DNA of 63,899 nucleotides, counting the filler, from Ministeria vibrans ATCC 50519 (Eukaryota; Protista; Filasterea), in assembly GCA_943704425.1 (NCBI GenBank). It is 5 parts of 5 records of this genome, joined end to end, with 100 filler letters (N's around TTAATTAATTAA, not from the genome) between each part and the next. Parts side by side here need not be neighbours in the genome. Positions count along the whole stretch, not along the records: positions 25,193 to 39,391 come from CALSCP010002695.1; 4 more parts are not named here. The stretch is one strand, 5' to 3'. The notes beneath the pieces were generated by a model. It was not told the DNA's origin and made no database searches. It was given only the letters and a program-made list of their open reading frames with translations. Both the position numbers and the translations under genes were made by a program. This document shows positions 25,193 through 36,080 of the stretch, piece by piece (positions within the stretch are counted from its first letter, which is position 1; each line of letters starts with the position of its first letter).

Positions 25193-28100
25193 TCGACGGG
25201 CACGAACGGACTGATTGGCGGACCACCGGCTGCGTCTGTGATTGTGGTGTGTGCGTGTGCTGCGGGATTCACAGGGACGATGTGCGAAACCGAGATTGAC
25301 GTGTGCGCGTCGAACCCATGCCTGAACAAGGGCACATGCGTGAGTGGCAGTCCAAACACCGCACTGACACGCCGTCAGGTGTTTGCGCCTCCTCAGGGTG
25401 GTTACTTGTGCTCGTGTCCGACGGACTACTTTGGGGTGCATTGCGAGTCGTACTTTTCAGGATGTGATTCGAATCCGTGCACGAGTGGTGCGTCGTGTGT
25501 TGAGCATCCGATCTATACGACGTTGGCGGCTGGACCATACACTGGCCCGCCGGCCACTGTGGCGTGCGTGTGTCCGGCCGGTGTGACTGGCGACCAGTGC
25601 GAGACAAAGGTTGATCCGTGCGCATCGTCGCCGTGTCAAGGAGGATCGCAGTGTGTGAGCGGAAGCAGCTCTGGCATCAGCTTGGATAGCATGAATTCTG
25701 GTTTTGTGTGTGTGTGCGGACCCGACTTTACGGGCGCTGCCTGTGAGACGAAGGTGGTGCGTTGCGAGTCGTCACCGTGTATGAACGGGGGCACGTGTGA
25801 CGTGTTGTACTCGCCTGGCGTGCCTGGCGGTGTGACAACAGCTGTGATGGTGTGCCAGTGCGCTGCTGGATTTACTGGCGAGATGTGTGAGTCGAAGCTG
25901 CTGGATGCATGTGCGACGATGAAGTGTTTGAATGGTGCGTCGTGTGTTGTCCAACACACTCTTGGCCGACGACGCGACACGGTGATTGGTGGCGAGGTGG
26001 CGTCGTGCGTGTGTGCTACGGGATATACGGGTGTCAACTGTGAGAGCTTGATTGATGCCTGTGCTTCGTCGCCTTGTGTGAACGGTGCGTGTCAGAGTGG
26101 CGGTCCTCTGGCGATTGGTCGTCGTCGGCTGTCGCCCGTGTTGGTGGCGCCTGGTGAGTTCTACTGCTACTGCGGCACGGACTACATGGGCACACTGTGC
26201 GAGACGAAGATTGTGCGTTGCGAGTCGTCGCCGTGCCAGAACGGTGGCAGTTGCTCGACGGGCACGAACGGACTGATTGGCGGACCACCGGCTGCGTCTG
26301 TGATTGTGGTGTGTGCGTGTGCTGCGGGATTCACAGGGACGATGTGCGAAACCGAGATTGACGCGTGCGCGTCGGGTCCCTGTCACAATAATGGTGGTTG
26401 CGTTGCTTCGGGTGCGTCGTTTGAATGTAAGTGCCTCGCAGGCTTTGTTGGTGCTGTGTGCGAGACTGACATTGACGAGTGTGTCTCATCGCCGTGTCAA
26501 AACGGAGCAACCTGTCTGACACCCACTCCTGGGGAGTTTAGCTGCACATGTGTTGCTGGCTTCCACGGCATCACTTGTGAAACGAACAAGAATGAATGTG
26601 CGTCGATGCCTTGCTTGAATGGAGGCACATGCCAGGATACACTCAATGGCTACAACTGCATGTGCTTGGCTGGGTTTACCGGAATGACGTGTCTTGTGAA
26701 CATCAATGAGTGTGCGTCGATGCCGTGCATGAACGGAGGCGTATGCTCTGATGGGGTCGATGGATTCACTTGTGCGTGCAACGCTGGATTCACTGGCGCG
26801 ATGTGCGACGTCAACATTGATGAGTGCGCGTCGATGCCGTGCATGAACGGAGGCGTATGCTCTGATGGGGTCGATGGATTCACTTGTGCGTGCAACGCTG
26901 GATTCACTGGCGCGATGTGCGACGTCAACATCAATGAGTGTGCGTCGATGCCGTGCATGAACGGAGGCGTATGCTCTGATGGGGTCGATGGATTCACTTG
27001 TGCGTGCAACGCTGGGTTCACTGGCGCGATGTGCGACGTCAACATTGATGAGTGCGCGTCGATGCCGTGCATGAATGGGGGCACATGTCAGGATGAAGCG
27101 AATGGCTTCAACTGCGTTTGCTCGAGCGACTATTTTGGAGCAATCTGCGACCAACTGACCGACAACTGCGTGTCGACACCGTGTGCCTTGGGTGCGACGT
27201 GCGTCACAATCACCAATGGCTACACATGCGGCTGTCCAGTGGGGTTCACTGGCGCCCTGTGCGACCAGGATATTGACGAGTGCGCGTCGATGCCTTGCCA
27301 AAACGGCGCGACCTGCTCGACACCTGCACCAGGTGACTTTGTTTGCATGTGTGTCGCGGGCTTTCAGGATGCAATGTGTCAAACGAACGTGAATGAATGT
27401 TCCTCGATGCCGTGCATGAATGGTGGCTCGTGTCAGGACGCTGACAACGCCTTCAGCTGTACCTGTGCTTCGGGTTTCGCCGGTGTGCTGTGTCAGGTGA
27501 ACACCAACGAGTGTGCCTCGATGCCATGCCTGAATGGTGGCACTTGCACGGATGCGGTCAATGGTTTTGAGTGTGCCTGTTTACCTGGATTTACAGGGGC
27601 ACAGTGCGACGTAAACGTCGACGAGTGCGCTTCGATGCCATGTGTCAATGGAGGCACATGCCAAGACGCGTCCAATGGCTTTAGCTGTACCTGCGTATTG
27701 GGCTTCACGGGTGCAACGTGTGAGGTGAATCCTAACGAGTGTGTCTCGCTGCCCTGCCAGAACGGGGGCGCTTGCAGCGACGCTGTGAATGGCTACACTT
27801 GTACCTGTAAGTCTGGGTTTACCGGCACAACATGTGATGTGAACGTCAACGAATGTGCCTCGACGCCATGTCTGAATGGCGGCACGTGCGAGGATGGCAT
27901 CGGATCGTTCCTGTGTCTCTGCATCCCTGGTCAGTATGGTGTGAGTTGCGAGCTGACGGTGGATCACTGCTCGTCGTCGCCGTGTCTGCACAACGGCCAG
28001 TGCTTGTCGAAGCCATCGGGCCACGCGTGCGTGTGTGCCGCTGGCTACACCGGCCTGGCCTGTGCCGACGACATTGATGAGTGTGTCTCGATGCCCTGTG

Positions 28101-29947
28101 CCAACGGAGGTACATGCTCCACACCTGCCTTTGCCAGCTTTGAGTGTCACTGTACCGCTGGCTTTGGTGGTCCCACATGCTTGACCAACGTGGACGAGTG
28201 TGTCTCGATGCCCTGTCTCAATGGGGGCACTTGTCAGGACGGCACAGCGAGCTTCACCTGTCTCTGCGCACGTGGCTTCACCGATGAACTTTGCGGCACC
28301 GACCACAACGAATGCTCTTCCATGCCATGCCGCAACGGTGGCACCTGCAGCGACGAGGCGGGTCATTTTGCTTGTGCTTGCACGGCTGGCTTCTCCGGTA
28401 TTGTGTGCCAGGACAATGTCAACGAGTGCCTCTCGATGCCGTGTCTCAATGGCGGCACATGTACCGACGGAAGCAACAGCTTCACGTGTGCCTGCAAGGC
28501 TGGCTTTGTGGGCGCGGTGTGCTCGACGAATGTGGACGAGTGTGCGTCGATGCCGTGCCAGAATGGTGGTGTGTGCACGGACGCTGTGAATGGCTTTTCC
28601 TGCACGTGCGCTTTGGGCTTCACGGGTACCCTGTGTGACGCTGACTTACGTGAGTGCGCGAGCTTCCCGTGTACCAACGGCGCGACGTGTGTCGAAGGAG
28701 TGGACATGTTTTCGTGCACATGTCCGAGCGGCTTTTCGGGAATTCTGTGTGACGTGCAGTCGGACCCGTGTGTGTCGCAGCCGTGTGCAAACGGCGGCTC
28801 TTGTGTGCCGACGAGCAACCAACAGGGGTACACATGTACTTGTGCATCGTCGTACTCGGGCTTGCGATGCGAGACGGACGGCTGCCTGTGTGCCAGCGAC
28901 GAATACATTACAAACATGGCTGCATGTCGCAGTGGCCAGGCGACGGTTGCGTGTGCGCCATGCTCGTGCCAGCAAAACGAATACATTGTGTCGTCGTCGT
29001 GCGACGGCACTGGTATTATCAACCACGTCACGTGCGGGCTGTGCAGCTGTCAAACGGGGCAGTACCGCACCGCAACGTGCACGGGCCTGTCAGTGCTGCA
29101 GTCGGCGGGCTGCATCAGCTGTTCGGCATGCACGGCACCCAACACGTTTGTTGCGGGCGGTTGCACGGGTCGAGTGAATACCATTTGCGCGACGGGCACC
29201 AGTAAAGCTGTGGCGCCTGGCACGGGCACGACGACGGTCAGTTCGATGGGCGGCGAAGCTCTGGTGACCATCGACACCAACGACCTCACGGGGCCCTACA
29301 CCATTCGTGTGGGACAAATTGCGTCGGCTCGCTTCACCTCCATGTCCACCTTTCAGCAGTTGACGGGCGGCACTGCACCCGAGACGTTTGTATTCCTGCC
29401 CCATCAAACGAATCTGTTTAGCCAGTGTCAAGTGATTGAGATTGACTACGACGCGAACACCATTGCGGTTCCGCAGATGATTACAGCGACAGACGACACG
29501 ACCAACGACTGGTCGGCTGTGACCATTGCAACGTACGCGAATGGCAAGGCGTCCGCGTGTGTGACGCACTTTAGCGTGTATGCTGTGACGAGTCAGCAGA
29601 CGACGGGCGGACAGAACAACGGCAGCGGTAGCAGCAGCAATCTAGCGGCCATTGTTGGCGGGGTCGCAGGCGGCCTGGCCCTCATTTTGGTGGTGCTTCT
29701 TGTGGTGCTGGTTGTGTCGCGTCGTCGCCGTAACGGAAGCCAGGGCAGTGTTCAGCTAGTCGGGATGCGTGCCAAGTCTAACGAGAGTTTGGTGCGTGGC
29801 TCGAGTGTCCTCTCTCTTGGCTATGACGCAGAGAACCTTGAAGAGATGGAGAACTCTATGGACTATGCTCGTCTGAGTTTCAAGCGACCTGGTAGTCGCA
29901 ACCCTGTCTTTGAAATGGAAGACAACACTGAGTATGCCGATGTATGA
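25193..29947 (+). CDS. Type I membrane protein with at least 30 EGF repeats (many Ca-binding type), Cys-rich TNFR-like repeats, ZU5-like domain, TM helix and short Tyr-containing tail; 5'-truncated
   Basis: Repeated D/N-I/V-D/N-EC-x-S-x-PC-x-NGG-x-C...C-x-C-x-x-GF-x-G-x-x-C; TM 'LAAIVGGVAGGLALILVVLLVVLVV' followed by SRRRR; no ankyrin or LNR repeats, so not Notch. Confidence 0.9.
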   Translation, partial: STGTNGLIGGPPAASVIVVCACAAGFTGTMCETEIDVCASNPCLNKGTCVSGSPNTALTRRQVFAPPQGGYLCSCPTDYFGVHCESYFSGCDSNPCTSGASCVEHPIYTTLAAGPYTGPPATVACVCPAGVTGDQCETKVDPCASSPCQGGSQCVSGSSSGISLDSMNSGFVCVCGPDFTGAACETKVVRCESSPCMNGGTCDVLYSPGVPGGVTTAVMVCQCAAGFTGEMCESKLLDACATMKCLNGASCVVQHTLGRRRDTVIGGEVASCVCATGYTGVNCESLIDACASSPCVNGACQSGGPLAIGRRRLSPVLVAPGEFYCYCGTDYMGTLCETKIVRCESSPCQNGGSCSTGTNGLIGGPPAASVIVVCACAAGFTGTMCETEIDACASGPCHNNGGCVASGASFECKCLAGFVGAVCETDIDECVSSPCQNGATCLTPTPGEFSCTCVAGFHGITCETNKNECASMPCLNGGTCQDTLNGYNCMCLAGFTGMTCLVNINECASMPCMNGGVCSDGVDGFTCACNAGFTGAMCDVNIDECASMPCMNGGVCSDGVDGFTCACNAGFTGAMCDVNINECASMPCMNGGVCSDGVDGFTCACNAGFTGAMCDVNIDECASMPCMNGGTCQDEANGFNCVCSSDYFGAICDQLTDNCVSTPCALGATCVTITNGYTCGCPVGFTGALCDQDIDECASMPCQNGATCSTPAPGDFVCMCVAGFQDAMCQTNVNECSSMPCMNGGSCQDADNAFSCTCASGFAGVLCQVNTNECASMPCLNGGTCTDAVNGFECACLPGFTGAQCDVNVDECASMPCVNGGTCQDASNGFSCTCVLGFTGATCEVNPNECVSLPCQNGGACSDAVNGYTCTCKSGFTGTTCDVNVNECASTPCLNGGTCEDGIGSFLCLCIPGQYGVSCELTVDHCSSSPCLHNGQCLSKPSGHACVCAAGYTGLACADDIDECVSMPCANGGTCSTPAFASFECHCTAGFGGPTCLTNVDECVSMPCLNGGTCQDGTASFTCLCARGFTDELCGTDHNECSSMPCRNGGTCSDEAGHFACACTAGFSGIVCQDNVNECLSMPCLNGGTCTDGSNSFTCACKAGFVGAVCSTNVDECASMPCQNGGVCTDAVNGFSCTCALGFTGTLCDADLRECASFPCTNGATCVEGVDMFSCTCPSGFSGILCDVQSDPCVSQPCANGGSCVPTSNQQGYTCTCASSYSGLRCETDGCLCASDEYITNMAACRSGQATVACAPCSCQQNEYIVSSSCDGTGIINHVTCGLCSCQTGQYRTATCTGLSVLQSAGCISCSACTAPNTFVAGGCTGRVNTICATGTSKAVAPGTGTTTVSSMGGEALVTIDTNDLTGPYTIRVGQIASARFTSMSTFQQLTGGTAPETFVFLPHQTNLFSQCQVIEIDYDANTIAVPQMITATDDTTNDWSAVTIATYANGKASACVTHFSVYAVTSQQTTGGQNNGSGSSSNLAAIVGGVAGGLALILVVLLVVLVVSRRRRNGSQGSVQLVGMRAKSNESLVRGSSVLSLGYDAENLEEMENSMDYARLSFKRPGSRNPVFEMEDNTEYADV

Positions 29948-29997
29948 GAGAGGAGGGAGGGGAAGGTATGCATGAGTGAAGAGAGAATGAGAATGAG

Positions 29998-29998
<1 letters not shown>

Positions 29999-30083
<85 letters not shown>
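29999..30083. repeat. (GA)n microsatellite
   Basis: Directly visible. Confidence 0.9.
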
Positions 30084-30086
<3 letters not shown>

Positions 30087-30256
30087 GGTATGCATGAGTG
30101 AAGAGAGAATGAGAATGAGAGAGAGAGAGAGAGAACATTACGGAGAGAGAGAGAACGATTCAGTACAATTCGAGTATTCTTTTTTTAACAATAATAAGAA
30201 AATAAATAGAGAATCGAGAGCTGTACTCAATGTCAAAACATTACTTATTTTCTTCA

Positions 30257-31045
30257 ATGTCTGTCGACTTCAATCGGTTACAGTCGGAACTAACGACAGC
30301 TGTAGCAGAAGATCGACGTCGCGAACTTGAGAACGATGCCAAGTTGCGCGCCGTTCATACAGCCAAAAGCTACGATGATTTCAGGTGAAATAAGTTACCC
30401 ACAAGGCTTTTTCCAATGTGTTCTCACCCCCTCGAGCATTTCAGACAGCACGTAGCTGCTGCACACTTACGACCTCTTGAAAAAGGCGAGGATATCACTG
30501 CACTGGTGGGCGAACGTGATGGGAATTGTTGGAACACGGCCGTCTCCAAGGAGACCATCGCATCTGGCGACTTTGCTATCCCAGATCCGTCTGCTGTCGC
30601 TGCAGCTGCAGCCACGGCCGCCGTCAAAGCATCTTTATCCACTACCTGCAAAAGCACACGAACACCATTGTCAACAGCAGGCATAAAGACGCCGACAAGT
30701 GCGAGTGCGTTTGACAGAGATTGGCGTCGCACATATCAAACGGTCGAACTGCGTCTTGCCTATCTGCGCTGTCTGCCTCTCGAGCGCATCGAGTCGTACC
30801 TCTCGCTCCCTTCAAGTGTCGACATTCTTGGCGATGTTATTTCGTTGATTCCAGAGGCCAAAATGAGCGACAAGGACATCAATTGTGTACTACACCTTTT
30901 GTATCACTTGGGTCGTTTAAAGCGCTTTCCGCTGGCCCTCATGTTCCTTAGCGAGCCACAAAGAGACACGGTCGCAGAACTCACCGCATCACGCCAGTCT
31001 CATCCACTTGCAGTGGCCATTCAAAAGGCCTTTGAAGAGAGCTGA
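30257..31045 (+). CDS. CCDC103: Dynein attachment factor CCDC103 (DNAAF19), 2 exons
   Basis: 'VDFNRLQSELTTAVAEDRRRELENDAKLRAV..AKSYDDFR|QHVAAAHLRPLEK' plus RPAP3_C-like 'PTSASAFDRDWRR...RFPLALMFLS'. Confidence 0.88.
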
Positions 31046-31109
31046 GCCAATTGTATGTGTACAAAAAAAGACATAGAATAGTAATGCAAGTTATAATAAT
31101 GATAATTTT

Positions 31110-32966
31110 TTACAAAGCAACGGAAATGGGCGTTTCATCCTCGACGGAGACATTATGAAAACGAGCCATATCAACGGCATGCAAGCGCTCATCGCGTCCA
31201 GTGAGCATCGACTCGAACGCAGACGACGGACGACCAGCGCAACCACACCACTCTAGCACAGAGGGACACGACTGACAGGAACGAGGGCCACAGAAAGAGT
31301 GATTGGCAGAGGGTGCGGGGAGGGACACCACTGCGTCGACGAAACGACCACCAAACACCACTGTGTTGGCTGAGTAGCAGTGCATCACGGTGAACCGTCG
31401 GTGGAATGTCCCGTCTTCGCATGCTATAGGAAAAAAACGGGGCAGGTGTGTGACAGTCAGCGACAGACTGACACAAATTGACCAACACAATGCTAACAAC
31501 GCGAGAAAGATAAAAGCTGAGGACAAACTGAGAAACACAACAATCTCGAAAGAGGAGAAATTGACAAAAAAAAGAAGAAGAAAATAAAAGAGGGAGATAC
31601 TCAACAAAAACAAACCAAAAGAAAAAGAAACATAAAAAGTACCCATTTTAACCCAGATGGCAATATCTTCGTCGTAGAAGGTCTTTCCGGTGGCGTGTGC
31701 AAGGGGAGAGTCTTCAGTAATTTCATGTCGCACAATCAGCGTCGTTTGGAGCACAGGAAAATGCTAGACAAGAAAAGCGTGACGATGCGTATCATGTTAG
31801 TTTTTCGATGAGACCTTATTTTCAATGGGAATTCGTTCCATTAGCCCAATGCGAATTCCTTCTGGCGATTGTTTCAGGCGAAAAACATAGAGTTCAAACT
31901 CACAGTCCATAATCTCATTGAGACGCTCATTGGTGACTCTCAGAACAAAATGGCGTTTGTTACTCCCACTACCATCGCTACTGTTGTTGTGCGGGGTGGA
32001 AAGAGAGGAGGTGATAATGGCATTGCGGGAGAAGACAATGCGTGGGTGAGGTCGGGAGATGCGCTCGATGACGATGCCGATGATGAGGGCGGTGAGGGTC
32101 AGTGCGACAAACCCTTGGATCAAGTAGAGTGCCCTGTTGTGTGTGATTGGAGAGAGAAACAGAGGAGGAAGAAAAAAACCAAGTGAAAAGGTAACAAAAT
32201 GAAGAGAATAAGGAAAGTCTTGAGGTGTTTACCAGACGGCTGTGGCTGCGCTGAGAAACGACTGGTTGACGACACAGGGGCGGAAGGGAGTTTCAAAGCT
32301 AGCAATGACGGAGAAGGCTTGGAAGTAGAATTCGCTGAAGTTCTGAGGACGGGGACAGAGGCCTTCACGCGCGGCATAGTACAGAGCGGCAAAGGGAAGA
32401 GCAAGTAGAATGAAAAAGGCAAGCGACACGGCCAGGAGACTATGCCAGCGCAGCTCCAAGAGATGGAAGTACAGGTCGGCGAAGTACCACAGCGAGACGT
32501 TGTCCTTGACGACGTTGACTTTGCCGTCGCGGAACATGTTGTTGCTATATGATCAGTTTGAGAGTGAGTGTGAGTGTGTGAGTCTGCTCGCCGACGGGCC
32601 GCAGCCAGGTACCGGTTCTTGTCGTGCGACGTGATCGTCTGTACCGCCTTCTGCAGCATGTAGCGGTTGCGCAGTGAGCGCACTGAGCGGGTTTTCGGTA
32701 TTCTATTTGTTTGTTTCAGTTTTAGACGAACAGCTCACAGCGCATGCGCGTCCTTACAACGGGCTGGACTCCTCATTGGCCGGGCCTGCCTCAGCGGCGC
32801 TGCCGTCTTCCGCAACGCTGTCCAGGTTGACTGCGGGCGACTCAAGCGAGAGAGACGTTAATTGCTGAGTTTGCGATTGTCGCAGCACATTCGCCACAAT
32901 CTGTATGCTGGGCCGCCTCTGCTTCTGCTCAATGCCAAGGCGTCGCTTCTCCACCTCACTCGACAT
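31110..32966 (-). CDS. Inward-rectifier (Kir)-fold two-TM ion channel with non-canonical pore sequence, 6 exons
   Basis: 'RDGKVNV', slide helix 'YFADLYFHLLELRW', M1, M2 'LIQGFVALTLTALIIGIVIERISRPHPRIVFSRNAII', 'LRVTNER', 'IVRHEITEDSPL', 'YSANTVVFGGRFVD'. No GYG. Confidence 0.85.
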
Positions 32967-33191
32967 AAAAAACAACCAATGTAATAAGAAAAGTGTTTTA
33001 CTTTTTTTCGACTTTTGAGTGATTCGAAATTCAGATAGTTCAGAGTGACTGATCAGTCGCTGAGTAGAGTCAAAACAACAGGGAAGAATCGTCATTGTCT
33101 GATTTGTTCCTCTCCTTCTTGTGTCTATTTTTTTTTATGCAACAAAACATAGAAAATAATAAGGTGCACTAAATAGCTAGGGAGACCCAGT

Positions 33192-34195
33192 TCAGGTTGC
33201 ACTGCGAAAGGCGAGAGCTACCACGCAGTTTGTGATGGGGATGAGTGAAGTGGCGGCGTAGAAGAGGTGGTTGGAGGCAAAGGCGGACGGGGTAAAGGAG
33301 TAGGAAATGAGGAGGGTGGAGAGGATGAGAAGGTGAGACACGGAGCGCGAAATGAGCACGGCCGACTTGGCGGTGGGGTCGGTGAAGCCGGGAGCCTGCT
33401 GAGAGACGAGAGACGAGGCGAGCTGGAGGGCGCCGTAGACACGCGCAAGCGGGATGTGCATGGCGGGAATGACAACGGCTGCGTGGAGAGCCACCGACTC
33501 GGGCGGGTAGGCGTACCAGATGAGGCCGTGCACAAAGCTGAGTACAAAATCGAAGGCAAGGTGAATGTCCAGCGGGGACTTGCGACCGGGCGAGACGCGT
33601 GGGGACGACAGCAGATAGGGCAACAGATGGTGGACGTGGCCCAGCAGGCCAACGACAGTCACAATGAGCAGGTGGGTGGCGCCGTCGGGCCACACAGCGC
33701 GGTCGGAGCGCACACTGACCAGAGCCAGGATGGTCATGACATTGCCCAGTGCGCGCGAGTACAGCAGCGTCGAGCGCACTTTGGGGTCGCGCGACGCCTG
33801 CGTCATCAGGAAGAGAAGCGCAGAGCCCAGCATCAGAGCCCCGCCCGTCGACAGAAGCTGCAGCGGATCGCATTGCACAAGTCAAAACGTTTGACACCTC
33901 AACGGTTTTTTGGTTTATACTTCTTTGCTTACTGTCAGTGCTACTGAGTCGATGGCTGCCCCGGAATTCCTCGAGAGGACAATTTCAGGGGCAAAGAAGG
34001 CAATGGAGCCAAAGAGAAAGATCATGATCGTGTCACATCTGCGAAGAGGAAACAATGAGCAAAAATGTGTATTATTTTTCAATCGTACTTAAGCCACAGA
34101 CTCTCATCGCCAGCGGCGGCTGCAAGAATCGCCCCAGCAATAGTTACGCTCAGCCCATCCCCCGACAGGAGTGCGTCTGTTAATTTCGAATTCAT
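33192..34195 (-). CDS. Hypothetical multi-pass membrane protein, 3 exons
   Basis: ATG 34195; two GT-AG introns splice in frame into the hydrophobic 228-aa ORF with many predicted TM segments. Confidence 0.6.
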
Positions 34196-34400
34196 CAATG
34201 AAAAAAAATAATTATTTCAAATTCGAAATTGAGTTATTTGACTAATTGATACTCCATTGGGAGTCACTCACTCAGTCACTCGGTGACTCTGTCACTCATA
34301 GGGGTCAGGGTCTAAATCCTAACCGTCTAAAGTCTTCTGTCTTTATTAGTCGGTGATCGATTACCAGAAATGAGACATTTTTCTTCTTCCTTTTCGTGAT

Positions 34401-35847
34401 ATGACCTCTCCTGCCCGAAGACCGTCAATGGTTAGCTTATTGTTTTGAATCGACATAGCTTTAATACGTTGTGGATGCTACCAAAGCAGACGCGTTGCCA
34501 TCGTTACCAACGTCACTCCTTTTGCTGCTCCCCACTGTCGCGTCATGTCTAGCTTGTAGTAACTCATACAACATAGCATCGTGCCCCGCGCCAACAATTG
34601 GCATTTGCGGGAATCTTGACGTGTTTCTGGGCGCTTTCGATAGTCGTTTACTTTTGTCTTTCGTCTTCTTCACACGCACAGGAAGCGCCTGCGTTTGGCA
34701 TTACGAGCAAGTCGATGGGAAAGCCTTCTGGACCACCCAGCTCGGGCGCTACCAAGGTACGCAATCAGTCACACACACACAAGTCACAAATCCAATGTGT
34801 TTGTTTTGTCGACAGGTGCGTCCATCAAAGTCATTGCAGTTCCGCAAATTTTACGACCGCGGAGATCTTCCCATTGCCGTCCACCACGACTCTAAGGGAA
34901 ACCGAATTGCCTGGAAGGTATGTGGCACGGAGATCAGGGTTCCAGAAGGCCCGTGACTGTGTGCTTGCAGGCTGAGATTGAGAAGCTCGACTACCACCAT
35001 TACCTCCCACTTTTTTTTGACGGACTTTGTGAAACAGAGTACCCGTACGACTTCTTCGCGCGACAGGTACACGTTCAACGACATTCAGACAATTTATATT
35101 CGCTCCATTAACAACATTTTTAATAAAAGGGCATTCATGATATGCTCGAGCACGGTGGAGACAACATTGTTGCAGTCATTCCTCAACTCATCATTCCCAT
35201 CAAAAGTAGCCAAACTCAACACTGCGAGGGTCCATTCCACGTTGCACACTAATCACCTCTCTCCCTCTTTGTCTACCCCAATGATGTATGCCTTCAGACG
35301 CACTCAACACCCGTCAACCCAAAATTGTCTGTGAGACCCTCAAAGCTCTCCAACAACTCGTTAACTCAGCAGAAGGCGTCGGCTTGGCCTTAGTCCCTTA
35401 CTACAGACAGATTCTGCCCGTCCTCAACATTTACTACGTAAGAAAAACAATAATAATGATTATTAATATAAATAATCTAATTCTTTCTAGACGAGTAATA
35501 AGAACTCGGGTGACCAAATTGACTATTCGCAACAGAAACGCGAAAACATTGGAGATCTCATTGACGAAACACTTACAGTAAAAAAAAACAAGCACACACA
35601 CACGTACACACACACACACACACACTCTCTCTCTTTCACTTTGTTTTTCTCTCTATCACTTTGATTCTCTCTCTATCACTTTGATTCTCTCTCTATCACT
35701 TTGATTCTCTCTCTCTCACTTTGTTTCTCTCTCTATCACTTTGTTTCTCTCTCTATCAATTTGTTTCTCTCTCTATCACTTTGTTTCTCTCTCTATCAAT
35801 TTGTTTCTCTCTCTATCACTTTGTTTCTCTCTCTCTCTTGTTTCTTT

Positions 35848-35895
<48 letters not shown>

Positions 35896-36034
35896 TCTCT
35901 CACTCTCACTCACGCACACACACACACACTAACATGATACTGATTTATAGGCGTTTGAAGTGAATGGGGGAGACGATGCGTTCATTAACATTCGCTATAT
36001 GGTTCCGACGTGGGAGTCCAAAGTGCTCACTTGA
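34401..36034 (+). CDS. PACRG: Parkin co-regulated gene protein (axonemal inner junction)
   Basis: '[24 protein letters not shown]', '[25 protein letters not shown]', '[13 protein letters not shown]', '[18 protein letters not shown]'. Confidence 0.96.
35635..35835 (+). repeat. Intronic ~20-bp minisatellite (TTTCTCTCTCTATCACTTTG)n; member of a dispersed family
   Basis: About 10 tandem units in the last PACRG intron; the same unit occurs near 5085-5185, 7262, 22235-22330 (minus strand) and 38050. Confidence 0.85.
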
Positions 36035-36080
36035 GAGAGCACACCATCGCTCGTTCTAATACACAGAGAAAAACACATTT

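Noticed and set aside
25193-29947. Possible Notch ortholog
   Set aside because: No LNR/NOD region and no intracellular ankyrin repeats; the tail is only about 70 aa.
34300-34335. GGGTCAGGG..CCTAACC resembling a telomerase RNA template
   Set aside because: Only a partial match to CTAACCCTAAC, in a 200-bp divergent promoter with no room or structural support.
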